This document shows positions 1 to 9,073 of a stretch of DNA of 64,000 nucleotides, one piece after another. This DNA comes from an uncultured Myxococcales bacterium. GTDB lineage: Bacteria; Myxococcota_A; SURF-8; CAYNVS01. Each line of letters opens with the position of its first letter. The stretch's first letter is position 1. The position numbers and the translations under genes were made by a program. Below the pieces are notes generated by a model. It saw nothing but the letters and a program-made list of their open reading frames with translations. It was not told where the DNA came from and did no database searches. Where the stretch lies: assembly GCA_964400725.1 (NCBI GenBank), contig CAYNVS010000001.1, forward strand, positions 43,191 to 107,190, read 5' to 3'.

Positions 1-346
1 TCGTGAGCCGCGTATCGTACGCGATAACGACTCGCGGCGTTCTCCCTTCGATTTTCTTTTTAAAATAATCCGCCACGCCTTGCGCGCCTTCGGCGATGGT
101 TATTTCGTTCATCCGGTTAGTTCCCAGCCCCACCGGGCCGCGGCGCCCGCCGGTTCCGAAGGGAATCGTCTGATAAAAGCGGTCGTTCAAGTCGTCCCAA
201 GAGTCGTTTTCAATAAGAGCCACGAGTTCTTTGCGGAACGCGGAATATTTGTCGAGCAGAAGCCATTTTTTAATGTTTTCAAATGCGGACGGCAGAAGTT
301 TCCCCTGTTTAACAGCCCAATCGGCTTTTTCAACGCGGTTTTGCAT
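1..346 (-). CDS. pgm: Phosphoglucomutase/phosphomannomutase (alpha-D-phosphohexomutase family), 5' part only; runs off the window
   Basis: Not in the ORF track. Manual translation from ATG at 346 (SD AGGAG upstream) gives MQNRVEKADW...FYQTIPFGTGGRRGPVGLGTNRMNEITI...VVIAYDTRL, with the FGTGGxRG, GTNRMN and xYDTR motifs of PGM/PMM. Confidence 0.85.
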   Translation of the reverse strand, partial: MQNRVEKADWAVKQGKLLPSAFENIKKWLLLDKYSAFRKELVALIENDSWDDLNDRFYQTIPFGTGGRRGPVGLGTNRMNEITIAEGAQGVADYFKKKIEGRTPRVVIAYDTRLT

Positions 347-504
347 TTTACAGCGCTCCTTTCAGTTGCCGTTTAAGTCTTAAGTAATTATAAGACCAAA
401 CAGGCTTAATTCAATATTAATTACTAAATATTTTAAAAAAGCGGCGGAAAACTTTTGCATACGCCGGTCAATTTGCGGCGCGAAAGGACGCGATTGTCTC
501 CGAT

Positions 505-650
505 TGCAGAGTTCGGGTTGGGCGGCGCTTGCGACTAATTAAGCGGGAGGGTTTCCTGTTGCGGCTGAGGAATGAGACCGCAAACATTCGCAAGTTGTCT
601 TCTCAGATTGAGAAACATTCTGAAACCGTAAACCGAACAGACGTTTTTTG
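505..650 (+). ncRNA. Candidate structured RNA in the divergent pgm / giant lipoprotein spacer (unassigned)
   Basis: Nested complementary segments: GTTCGG/CCGAAC, CTTGCGA/TCGCAAG, TGTTGCGG/CCGCAAACA and TTCTCA/TGAGAA, followed by a T-run. I recognise no Rfam motif. Confidence 0.25.
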
Positions 651-679
651 TTGCAATGCTTTTTGTATAAAAGTAAATT
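651..679 (+). promoter_or_regulatory. Putative sigma70 promoter for the giant lipoprotein operon
   Basis: TTGCAA-17 nt-TAAATT; SD GGGAGG lies just upstream of the ATG at 745. Confidence 0.4.
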
Positions 680-744
680 AAACTAATAACGCAGTAAAAT
701 TCTAAGGCAGATTGTAATTATTATCTCGACATCGGGAGGAATAA

Positions 745-3700
745 ATGAACCTTCTAAAACAGCGGAAAGAATTTCTGTTATCCGCCGTTCTCTTCGCGGT
801 TTTTGCCTGCGCGGCTTGCTCTTCGTCAAATTTGGGCGTTTCCAACGGCGACAAAGACGACGAATTGACGCAAATCGACGGCGACGCTCAGGACGAGGAA
901 GGCGTTGCGGAAACGGCCGAGGAAGCCGCTGAAGAAACGGTCGTCGAGGAAACGGAAAACGATGAGACGGGCGATGAGACGGAGCTTATTGCCGAGGACG
1001 AAATAGAATTGCCCGTTGAGGACGAAATTGCCGACGCGGACGATATTCCCGCCGAGATTGAGGACGTTTTGACGGACGAGGAAATTGCCGACGAGCCGAA
1101 GCTGTGTCAAAGCGCGGAAGACTGTCCGGCTGGGCAGGGGTGCGTATTCAGCGTTTGCGGCTTCTGCGGCAAAGGCGAAGACTGCCGTCAAAAGGAAGGA
1201 TGCAAAGACGGAATATGCGGCAAGTGCGACGCGGCAAAGCAGTGCGCGCAAGGGCTCGCTTGCGCGGCGTCAAGCGGAGACTGTCAGTCGTGCTCGTCCG
1301 CGGCGGAGTGCCGCGAGGGCGAAGCGTGCGTCGAAAGGGCGTGCTCGCCGTGCGAAAACTCGACGCAGTGCGAAGGAAAGCTGTGTAAAAACGGAGGCGA
1401 ATGCTCCGCCTGCTTTTTAACGGAGGACGATGGAGCGTGTCGCGAGGCTTACGGCCACAACTACGAATGCAAACAAAGCGGCAAATGCGCGCCTAAAACC
1501 TGTCTTACCGGAGTCGATTGTTATTTAGTTAAAATGGTGTGCGTCGAGCACCTTTGCGCGCCGTGCGCAAATTCGTACGACTGCCTCGCCGAGACAACCG
1601 GCGGCTACCCGCGAGGGACGAGCTGCGTCGATGGAGCGTGCGTGGAAGGCGAATGCCGCGCAAGCGGCGACTGCCCCAAGGACAGGCCTATATGCGGCGA
1701 AAACAAAAAGTGCCGCGCCTGTCAAACGCACGCCGAATGCGTTGATAAAAACCATTCGGAAACGGGCGACTACTGCGTAACGGAAACCGGACTCTGCGTT
1801 GCCGGCAATTGCTTCCCGCCTTGGAGCTCCTGCGAAACCGGCAAAATCTGCGGTGATAATTATATGTGCCGCGCGTGCGCGGCAGACCCCGAATGCGTCG
1901 CATCGACTGGTTTTTTAAAAGCGATATGCGAAGTCGGTTTTTGCAAACTAGGCTGCTCGCCGCCGAGCGTAAACGCTCAAGGCAAAGTCTGCGGTCCGGA
2001 CTACCGTTACCGCGATTGCGGCGAAGATAACGAATGCGCGCTCGCAAGCGGCAAGGAGTCGTGGATTTGTCAGTCCGGTTCGTGCCTTGAAGGATGCGTA
2101 GCGCCGGGCGCGAACGCCGAGGGACTTATTTGCGGAAGCGACCACCGCTGGCATAACTGCAGCGGAGACTCTGACTGCTCCGCCTCGCTTGCCAACGACG
2201 CGGGCGTTTGCGACGGCGGCAAATGCAAAATCGGCTGCGTCGCTCCGGCGTTAAGCGGCGGACGCAAGGTTTGCGGAGACGATCACCGTTTCCGGGACTG
2301 CGCCGACGATTCGGAATGCGCGCTCGCAAGCGGCAGCGAATCTACGATTTGCGAGACGGGAACCTGCGAGGCCGGATGCTCGGCTCCGAGCGCGAACGCC
2401 GAGGGACTTATTTGCGGAAGCGACCACCGCCGGCATAACTGCAGCGGAGACTCGGACTGCTCCGCCGCGCTTGCCAACGACGCGGGCGTCTGCGACGGCG
2501 GCAAATGCAAAATCGGCTGCGTCGCTCCGGCGTTAAACGAGCTCGGACAAATTTGCGGCGCGGACCACAGATATAAGAACTGTTCCGGCGACTCTGAATG
2601 CGCGCTTGCCGGCGGAACGGAAAGCTACGTCTGCGAGGACGGTTTGTGCGTTCAGGGATGCGGCGTAAACGCTGACTGCGAAAACGGCGGCATATGCGAC
2701 GATCACCGCTGCCGCGCATGTTTAAACGAAGAAGGCGCGCAAGCCGACGACTGCCAGAAGAACGGCTATACGTCGCCGATTATGTGCATTGGCGGAGCCT
2801 GCATAACGGGCGAGTGCAACGATGTATTAGCCTGCCCGGAAGAAAAAGTCTGCGACGCAAACAAGTGTTACGACTGCAATTATTCGAGCGTAAAAAAATG
2901 CTTGGACGCGGGCAAAGTCTGCGACTACGAAAATAAAACGTGCGTTCAATGCCTAAACGACTCGGACTGTTTCGGCGGCTCGAAAGTATGCGAAAATAAA
3001 ACTTGCCGCGACTGCAACTCGACAGAATGCGGCGACGGGAAGGTCTGCGTTTCGGGCTCGTGCGAGGCGGGCGGCTGTTACATAGGCGGCGCGATTTACG
3101 CAAGGAGCGCGACCAAGCCGGGAGATATTTGCTCGGTATGCAACCCCGACCTGAACCGGTACGCTTGGAGTCCAAACGCCGGGGCGTCATGCAGCGACGG
3201 CGCGGCGTGCACTTACGACGATAAATGCGACGCGGCGGTCGCCGGGAAGTGCGGCGGAACGGCCTATACTTGCGCGGTTCCCTCGGCTATGACGCAATGC
3301 GCGACGGGCGTATGCCACGGAACGGGGCCGGCGGACTGCGCGATAGAAAAGAAATCGGCGTGGCCTGGGTGCATGCTTGAAGGCGGCTGCTTCATACCGA
3401 ATCAGCCCAACCCCGCGAACGAGTGCGAAGTCTGCAACGCCTCGCTTAACGCTTGGAAACGCCAGCCCGCCGGAACCAAATGCGGAAACAAGTGCCAGTC
3501 GTGCCAAGCCGTCGGCGAGTTGTTCATGTGCGGCATGGTGGCGGCGGGCGAAGACCCGAACAACGACTGCACGGCCAAATGCCAAGTCTGCAACGGCTTC
3601 GGAAGCTGCAAATGGTCGGACGCGAATAAGGACGTCAACGACGACTGCCAGACCGACAACCCGCTTACGTGCGGCAAAACCGGCTATTGCGAAGGAGGAA

Positions 3701-5448
3701 GCGACGCCTGCGCTTACTACGAAGGCGGCGACGTAACCGGCGTTAACGACCTTAACGAATGCACCGTAAACGACAGATGCGACGGACTGGGCGGCAAAAC
3801 GGGCGACCCCGTGGCGGAAGGGACGGCCTGCCTTTCCGGCACCAAGGTATGCAGGGGCGGGAAATGCTCAGATTGCGTTAATTCGACGGAGTGTAAAAAT
3901 TTAGACCCGAACAAAATTTGCGTTTCAGGTTCGTGCGTGGTGGGCAACTGCAACAATGTAAGCGAATGTCCGCCGGCGCCCAACTGCCAGTATGCGGCCT
4001 GCATTAATAATCAATGCGTCAACAAGCCGCTTAGCGACACGACGCCATGCAGCGATAACGACCCTTGCACCTACGGCGATACTTGCGACGGAAACGGAAG
4101 CTGCGTTGGAGTAACGTATGGCTGTTCGGCGCCTAACCAATGCGAAAGCAAAGTTGAGTGCGACGGTTTTGGAGGGTGCGTGCCGACTTACAAACCGGTC
4201 GGGACGGATTGCGACGATGGAAATTTATGCACATACGCCGACAAATGCAATTCGGGCAAATGCGACGGAACTCCTATTGCGTGCGAAAGCTCTTCGTCTG
4301 TGTGCGGACTTAAAAAAGCGTGCAATGGAACGTCCGAATGTACGCAATGGTACCCCGGCGACGCGACGCATCCCAGCTATGCGGGCGATTGCAACGACAA
4401 TAACGCATGCACAAAACAGGATAAATGCAACGGAGCGGGAACGTGCGTCGGAACGGCATATACTTGCTCGACAAATCAATGCGTAACCGCAAACGCTTGC
4501 GATGGAAACGGCGGATGCAATCCCGTTTACGCTCCATCGGGAACGACTTGCAGCGACGGAAATCCTTGCACTTATTTTTATTCGGGCGCCGCGTGCGTTG
4601 ATAAAAACAAATGCGACGCCTGCGACGGCAACGGGTCATGCAAAGGGAATTATTCCGTTTCATGTCCAATTCAAGACGCTAATTGTCAAACTAGTCGTTG
4701 GTGCGTCGGCGACGGCTCTTGCGGAGTCAATAACAAAGCCGATGGAACGGCTTGCCCCGACGACGGCAACGAATGCACAAGCGACGCATGCTCCGGCGGG
4801 TTTTGCGCGCATCCTAAAAAGTCGGACTACACTGCGTGCAGCGAAGACGGCAATGTATGCACATTTGATTATTGCAGCAACGGCAATTGTTATCATCCTC
4901 CGAAGAATTCAACCAATAAATGCGACGACGGAAACGCCAACACTTACGACTCTGTGTGTTCTTCATATCAATGCGTAGGAAGATGGAAGAAATCTTGCGC
5001 CAGCAGCACGGGCGCCACAAGTTGCGTTTTGGATTTATATACGGGCAAAAGATATTATTTCTATCATTGCGATGAGCCTACTCATAATTTTGAAGATGCA
5101 AAAAGCATTTGCGCAAATCTTTCAAAAACGCATTGCACTGGAAGCTCGCCGCCATATACTAACTGCACCGCATTGAACGATTGGCGTCTGCCGTCATACG
5201 CGATTACAATGCCGTATGGAACTTTGACGGACGAACTGGGCGATTTAATAAATCAAGGCTGGACTACCAAGACCGGCTGCGACGGCGCCAGCGTTAAGAC
5301 CGACCCGGTAGTGGCGACATGGGCGGCTGGAAGCCATTGGTACTGGGCGGATAATAATTCCTATAGGCTCTGCCATTTCTATCCCGGCTACGGTTGTATC
5401 GACAACGGCGGAGACGCTCAAGTCAACGTGGTTTGTGTGCACGAATAG
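745..5448 (+). CDS. Giant Cys-rich repeat lipoprotein (1567 aa): lipoprotein signal, acidic spacer, many Cys-rich repeats, C-terminal DUF1566/C-type-lectin-like tip
   Basis: Signal peptide ending AVFACAAC-SSS; Glu/Asp-rich linker; recurrent CxxxxxC and C(D/S)DGNxCT repeats typical of myxobacterial surface proteins; C-terminal FEDAKSIC...DWRLPS motif. Confidence 0.85.
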   Translation: MNLLKQRKEFLLSAVLFAVFACAACSSSNLGVSNGDKDDELTQIDGDAQDEEGVAETAEEAAEETVVEETENDETGDETELIAEDEIELPVEDEIADADDIPAEIEDVLTDEEIADEPKLCQSAEDCPAGQGCVFSVCGFCGKGEDCRQKEGCKDGICGKCDAAKQCAQGLACAASSGDCQSCSSAAECREGEACVERACSPCENSTQCEGKLCKNGGECSACFLTEDDGACREAYGHNYECKQSGKCAPKTCLTGVDCYLVKMVCVEHLCAPCANSYDCLAETTGGYPRGTSCVDGACVEGECRASGDCPKDRPICGENKKCRACQTHAECVDKNHSETGDYCVTETGLCVAGNCFPPWSSCETGKICGDNYMCRACAADPECVASTGFLKAICEVGFCKLGCSPPSVNAQGKVCGPDYRYRDCGEDNECALASGKESWICQSGSCLEGCVAPGANAEGLICGSDHRWHNCSGDSDCSASLANDAGVCDGGKCKIGCVAPALSGGRKVCGDDHRFRDCADDSECALASGSESTICETGTCEAGCSAPSANAEGLICGSDHRRHNCSGDSDCSAALANDAGVCDGGKCKIGCVAPALNELGQICGADHRYKNCSGDSECALAGGTESYVCEDGLCVQGCGVNADCENGGICDDHRCRACLNEEGAQADDCQKNGYTSPIMCIGGACITGECNDVLACPEEKVCDANKCYDCNYSSVKKCLDAGKVCDYENKTCVQCLNDSDCFGGSKVCENKTCRDCNSTECGDGKVCVSGSCEAGGCYIGGAIYARSATKPGDICSVCNPDLNRYAWSPNAGASCSDGAACTYDDKCDAAVAGKCGGTAYTCAVPSAMTQCATGVCHGTGPADCAIEKKSAWPGCMLEGGCFIPNQPNPANECEVCNASLNAWKRQPAGTKCGNKCQSCQAVGELFMCGMVAAGEDPNNDCTAKCQVCNGFGSCKWSDANKDVNDDCQTDNPLTCGKTGYCEGGSDACAYYEGGDVTGVNDLNECTVNDRCDGLGGKTGDPVAEGTACLSGTKVCRGGKCSDCVNSTECKNLDPNKICVSGSCVVGNCNNVSECPPAPNCQYAACINNQCVNKPLSDTTPCSDNDPCTYGDTCDGNGSCVGVTYGCSAPNQCESKVECDGFGGCVPTYKPVGTDCDDGNLCTYADKCNSGKCDGTPIACESSSSVCGLKKACNGTSECTQWYPGDATHPSYAGDCNDNNACTKQDKCNGAGTCVGTAYTCSTNQCVTANACDGNGGCNPVYAPSGTTCSDGNPCTYFYSGAACVDKNKCDACDGNGSCKGNYSVSCPIQDANCQTSRWCVGDGSCGVNNKADGTACPDDGNECTSDACSGGFCAHPKKSDYTACSEDGNVCTFDYCSNGNCYHPPKNSTNKCDDGNANTYDSVCSSYQCVGRWKKSCASSTGATSCVLDLYTGKRYYFYHCDEPTHNFEDAKSICANLSKTHCTGSSPPYTNCTALNDWRLPSYAITMPYGTLTDELGDLINQGWTTKTGCDGASVKTDPVVATWAAGSHWYWADNNSYRLCHFYPGYGCIDNGGDAQVNVVCVHE
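1951..2655 (+). repeat. Five tandem 141-bp (47-aa) intragenic repeats in A-B-A-B-A order
   Basis: Units begin at 1951, 2092, 2233, 2374 and 2515 with GC(S/V)(P/A)P. Units 2 and 4 are nearly identical at DNA level (282-bp period). Confidence 0.9.
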
Positions 5449-5468
5449 ACAAAAGAATGCGGGAAACT

Positions 5469-6878
5469 ATGAATAAAAATTTTTTAGAGGTATTAAGTAT
5501 TGTCTCAATTACGTTTGCGTCCGCCGCGACGTTTGACTTCTCCTGCGCCGCGAGCGACGCGATAGAGAAAGGGACGAATTGCAACGAGACCTGCCCTATT
5601 GGCGCAAGCAAAGTCAGCCGCAAGGAGGCCGACGGGTCGTGCTCCGCAAGCGGCGACTTCAACCCCACGACTAACGCGGGCTCGGTGGCCGGCAAATGCA
5701 CGGGACACGGCGAGTGCGAGGTCGTCTGCATGTTCCCTACGTGCGCCGAAGGGAAGAATTTAATAATTACCGCAACCGAGTTCCGCTGCGAGTCCGACCC
5801 ATGCTATAAGCAGGATTGCGGCGGACACGGCCGCTGCCGCACCGAAAACGGCCAGCCTCAGTGCGTTTGCGACGCTAAATACTGGGCGGACGGCATGGTT
5901 TGCGTCGCCTGCGGAGAGCGCGACAAGGACAAGCCCGAATGTCAGGAGCAAACCGACGTATGCGTCCCCGCCTGCCCCGATACGCAGACATGCAAGAAAG
6001 GGCTTTGCTACGATTCGACCGCCGCGTGCGGCTATTATTTGCCGGGCAAGGCGTCGTCCGCCGAGATGTGCAAGCTGGGAAGCTCGCACTATTACGTCGG
6101 CTGCGCCGCAAGCGACGCCGGCTGTCCTGCGCATTCTCAGCCGAAAAAGCAATTCTTTCTTTCGAAGGATTCGTTCATCGACCGTTTCGAGGTAACCAAC
6201 GCGATGTATAAGGCTTATCTCGACGACGCAAAGGCGGCGACGGTTCCGGCGTGCGGCGAAGGCGGCGACGCTTGGGACGCGAACAACCGCGCTTTAAAGA
6301 CGGATTACGCTTGGAAGGCGGATCACCCCGTCGTTTGCGTTACGAAGGCGCAGGCCGAGGCCTATTGCGCGTGGGCCGGGAAGAAGCTGCCGACCGAAGC
6401 GGCGTGGGAGGCGGCGGCTAGAGGAACGCTGGGAACAAAATACCCGTGGGGCGACGCCTTCGATACGGACGCCGCGCAATGTCTGTCCGACTTCGCCAAT
6501 TACGACCCGAAGACGATGTGCGCGAACCTTTACCCGGGCGGAACCTGCAAGAACGAGGCGGTGAACGTAACCTGCTCGCAAACCGGCCCCGGATACATAA
6601 GCGGAGCCTCGACTATGCCGAAAGGAAAAAGCCTATGCGGCGCCGAGCATATGGCCGGCAACGCCGCCGAATGGGTTTCGGACGGATACGCGGAAGATCA
6701 TTCGACCTTGTGCGGCGCGACGTGCGAAGACCCTGAGGTTGAAGCGTCAGGCGCGGCGAACGGGGTTGTCAAGGGAGGAAGTTTCAACTCGAACAACGAG
6801 GGCATCGCCTCATGGGAGCGCGTTAAATCAGACAAGAGCGCGGCGAAGAACGACGTCGGGTTCAGGTGCATGTATTAA
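5469..6878 (+). CDS. Secreted/lipoprotein with Cys-rich and EGF-like modules and a C-terminal FGE-sulfatase (SUMF1/EgtB/PvdO) fold domain
   Basis: Likely start MNKNFLEV at 5469. EGF-like CGGHGRC...CVCD; FGE motifs IDRFEVTN, HPVVCV, LPTEAAWEAAARG, YPWG, MAGNAAEW, KGGSF and VGFRC. Confidence 0.85.
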   Translation: MNKNFLEVLSIVSITFASAATFDFSCAASDAIEKGTNCNETCPIGASKVSRKEADGSCSASGDFNPTTNAGSVAGKCTGHGECEVVCMFPTCAEGKNLIITATEFRCESDPCYKQDCGGHGRCRTENGQPQCVCDAKYWADGMVCVACGERDKDKPECQEQTDVCVPACPDTQTCKKGLCYDSTAACGYYLPGKASSAEMCKLGSSHYYVGCAASDAGCPAHSQPKKQFFLSKDSFIDRFEVTNAMYKAYLDDAKAATVPACGEGGDAWDANNRALKTDYAWKADHPVVCVTKAQAEAYCAWAGKKLPTEAAWEAAARGTLGTKYPWGDAFDTDAAQCLSDFANYDPKTMCANLYPGGTCKNEAVNVTCSQTGPGYISGASTMPKGKSLCGAEHMAGNAAEWVSDGYAEDHSTLCGATCEDPEVEASGAANGVVKGGSFNSNNEGIASWERVKSDKSAAKNDVGFRCMY

Positions 6879-7140
6879 CGGCGCGATTTATTATATAAAG
6901 CCTTATTGAAGTCTGCATTGAGGGCGGCAGATTATATAGTTATTCGTTCGCCGGACTGCGGAAGGTGAATTTTTATAGAAATAATAGGGAGCTAAAATTA
7001 CGGACGGAAATTTAGCCGGCGTTTTATATACAGGGCGTTTTAGGCGGCGAAAACTTTTCATGGGAATTTAATGTTTACAGGCAATTTAAAATGGTGTAGT
7101 AAATAATACTATATATATAAACCGGAAAGAACCGGCTTCT

Positions 7141-8106
7141 TTGAACATGAGTCTGTTTGATAACATCGCTTCCGCGGGGCTTAAGCCTATAGACCTGCTT
7201 AAATCTATAATAGATATTCTGATTGTCTATTACCTAGTTTACAGAGTGCTGCTCGTTTTCAAAGGAACGAGAGCTCTTCAAATGGTAATCGGCGTTTTTA
7301 TGGTTTTCGCCGTTTACGTCGTCAGCAAATTCATAGGATTTTTTACTTTATCGTGGCTTTTAGACAACTTCTTCTCTTCGTTGTTTCTCGTTCTCGTAGT
7401 CCTTTTCCAGCAGGATATTCGCCGGGCTCTTTCGACGATAGGCGGAAAGACGCAGTTTTCTACTATGGTGCGCACGGTTGAGGAAGCGAAGATTATCGAC
7501 GAAATAATTCACGCCGTAAGCGTCTTCCACCAGAAGAAAACCGGAGCTTTAATAGTAGTTGAAAGAGACGCAAGCGTTAAGGAATTCTGCAACTTCGAAA
7601 AGGCTACGCGGCTGGACTGCCTCGTTTCCAGCGAGCTGCTCCGCAACATATTTTACGTCGGAGCTCCGCTTCACGACGGAGCGGTCTTAATTCAACAAGG
7701 AAAACTTTCCTACGCCGCGATACTTCTTCCGATGAGCGCAAACCCGCGCAACAGCCGAGAACTCGGCACCAGACACCGAGCGGCCATCGGCATAACCGAG
7801 GAGACCGACGCCGTTGCGATAGTCGTTTCGGAGGAGACGGGCAAAATCTCATGCTGCATCGAAGGGAAAATCACCCGCGACCTCGAACCGGAAACGCTTA
7901 GGAAAATGCTGCTGAACCTGCTGGGCGGCGAGGCGCTGGCGCAGGATAAAAAGGACAAAGCGGCCAAGAAGATACAAAAAGCGCTTGAAGCCGCGGCGGG
8001 CAAAGCCGGAAAGCGGGGACGCGAAAAGACTTTTTCGCCGACGCAGACGCAATCCATGCAGAAATTTTCGCCGAAGGATACGCAAACGATTCGTAAGGCA
8101 AAGTAA
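7141..8106 (+). CDS. cdaA: Diadenylate cyclase CdaA (membrane-bound DAC)
   Basis: Three N-terminal TM helices, catalytic LHDGAVLI (DGA) and GTRHRAA (RHR) motifs; followed by cdaR and glmM. Confidence 0.95.
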   Translation: MNMSLFDNIASAGLKPIDLLKSIIDILIVYYLVYRVLLVFKGTRALQMVIGVFMVFAVYVVSKFIGFFTLSWLLDNFFSSLFLVLVVLFQQDIRRALSTIGGKTQFSTMVRTVEEAKIIDEIIHAVSVFHQKKTGALIVVERDASVKEFCNFEKATRLDCLVSSELLRNIFYVGAPLHDGAVLIQQGKLSYAAILLPMSANPRNSRELGTRHRAAIGITEETDAVAIVVSEETGKISCCIEGKITRDLEPETLRKMLLNLLGGEALAQDKKDKAAKKIQKALEAAAGKAGKRGREKTFSPTQTQSMQKFSPKDTQTIRKAK

Positions 8107-8118
8107 AAAGCGACGCAT

Positions 8119-9036
8119 ATGATTACCGATTACCTGAAAAAGGCGTTCACGGAAAATCTGGGGCTCAAGGCGTTCGCGTTCTTCATCGCCATTATGACGT
8201 GGGGCTTCATCATGTCCGGCAAGGACACCGTTTTAGGCATAGACGTAGCGCTTAAGGTTAAGCTCCCCGCCGATAAAACGCTCGTCGGCAACCCGCCTAT
8301 GAAGGTAGTCGTAAACCTTACCGGCCCCATCCGCGCCATTTCGACTTTTAAAGAAAAAGACCTAACCATAGTCGTCGATTTGACGCATTCGCCGCTCGGC
8401 CATTCCGTCGCAAACATCGACGCTTCGTCGCTGAGCCTTCCCCCCGGCGTGCGCGCAAGCGGCGTGAACCCGGCTCAAATAGAAGTCTTCATCGAACGAA
8501 AAATCCGCAAGGAGGTCGAGGTAATAGCCAAATTCGAAGGGATGCCGGAAGAAGGCTTTAAACTGCTGGAATCCGGGATAAAAACCGACCCCGCGAGAAT
8601 TACCGTTGAAGGCGGCGAGTCCGAATTGTCGTTAATCGAGGCCGTTTACACGCGCCCGATAGACGTAACTGGAAGAGACGCTTCCTTTAAAAGCTCCGCT
8701 GAAATAATTCTTCCGTCGTCGCGGGTAAAGTCTGTCGACGGCGACGAGGTTGCGGTTTTTGCCGCCATAGGCCCCGATTTGCTTACGAGGGAGCTTGTGG
8801 GGGTAAAAGTAGCCGCGGGACGCCCCGAAAAAGACGGTTACAAAGCCGATCCCCCGATAGTGAGGGTATTCGTCCGCGGGCTGCGTAAAAATCTCGACAG
8901 ACTTAAACTCGAAGACGTTAAGGCTTACGTGGCCGCCGACGACGTTTTGGGCGCGAAGGACGTCAAGGTCGATTTGCCCAAAGGACTTACTCTTATCAGG
9001 GTCGTTCCGCCGCAGGCGGTATTGAAGAAAAAATAG
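8119..9036 (+). CDS. cdaR: CdaR / YbbR-like regulator of CdaA
   Basis: N-terminal ENLGLKAFAFFIAIMTW TM anchor, YbbR-type repeats (P..V.V.G), located between cdaA and glmM. Confidence 0.85.
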   Translation: MITDYLKKAFTENLGLKAFAFFIAIMTWGFIMSGKDTVLGIDVALKVKLPADKTLVGNPPMKVVVNLTGPIRAISTFKEKDLTIVVDLTHSPLGHSVANIDASSLSLPPGVRASGVNPAQIEVFIERKIRKEVEVIAKFEGMPEEGFKLLESGIKTDPARITVEGGESELSLIEAVYTRPIDVTGRDASFKSSAEIILPSSRVKSVDGDEVAVFAAIGPDLLTRELVGVKVAAGRPEKDGYKADPPIVRVFVRGLRKNLDRLKLEDVKAYVAADDVLGAKDVKVDLPKGLTLIRVVPPQAVLKKK

Positions 9037-9073
9037 CGCGGCCCGATTAAATCGTAAAACGAGAGGAGAGAGT

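Noticed and set aside
80-376. Plus-strand 98-aa ORF in the track
   Set aside because: Antisense shadow of the pgm gene (1-346, minus), which has clear family motifs.
1951-2655. CRISPR array interpretation of the tandem repeats
   Set aside because: The repeats are in-frame 141-bp coding units with no unique spacers and no cas genes.
5250-6900. Complete diversity-generating retroelement
   Set aside because: CLec-fold candidate targets exist, but no reverse transcriptase, avd gene or template repeat is visible in the window.
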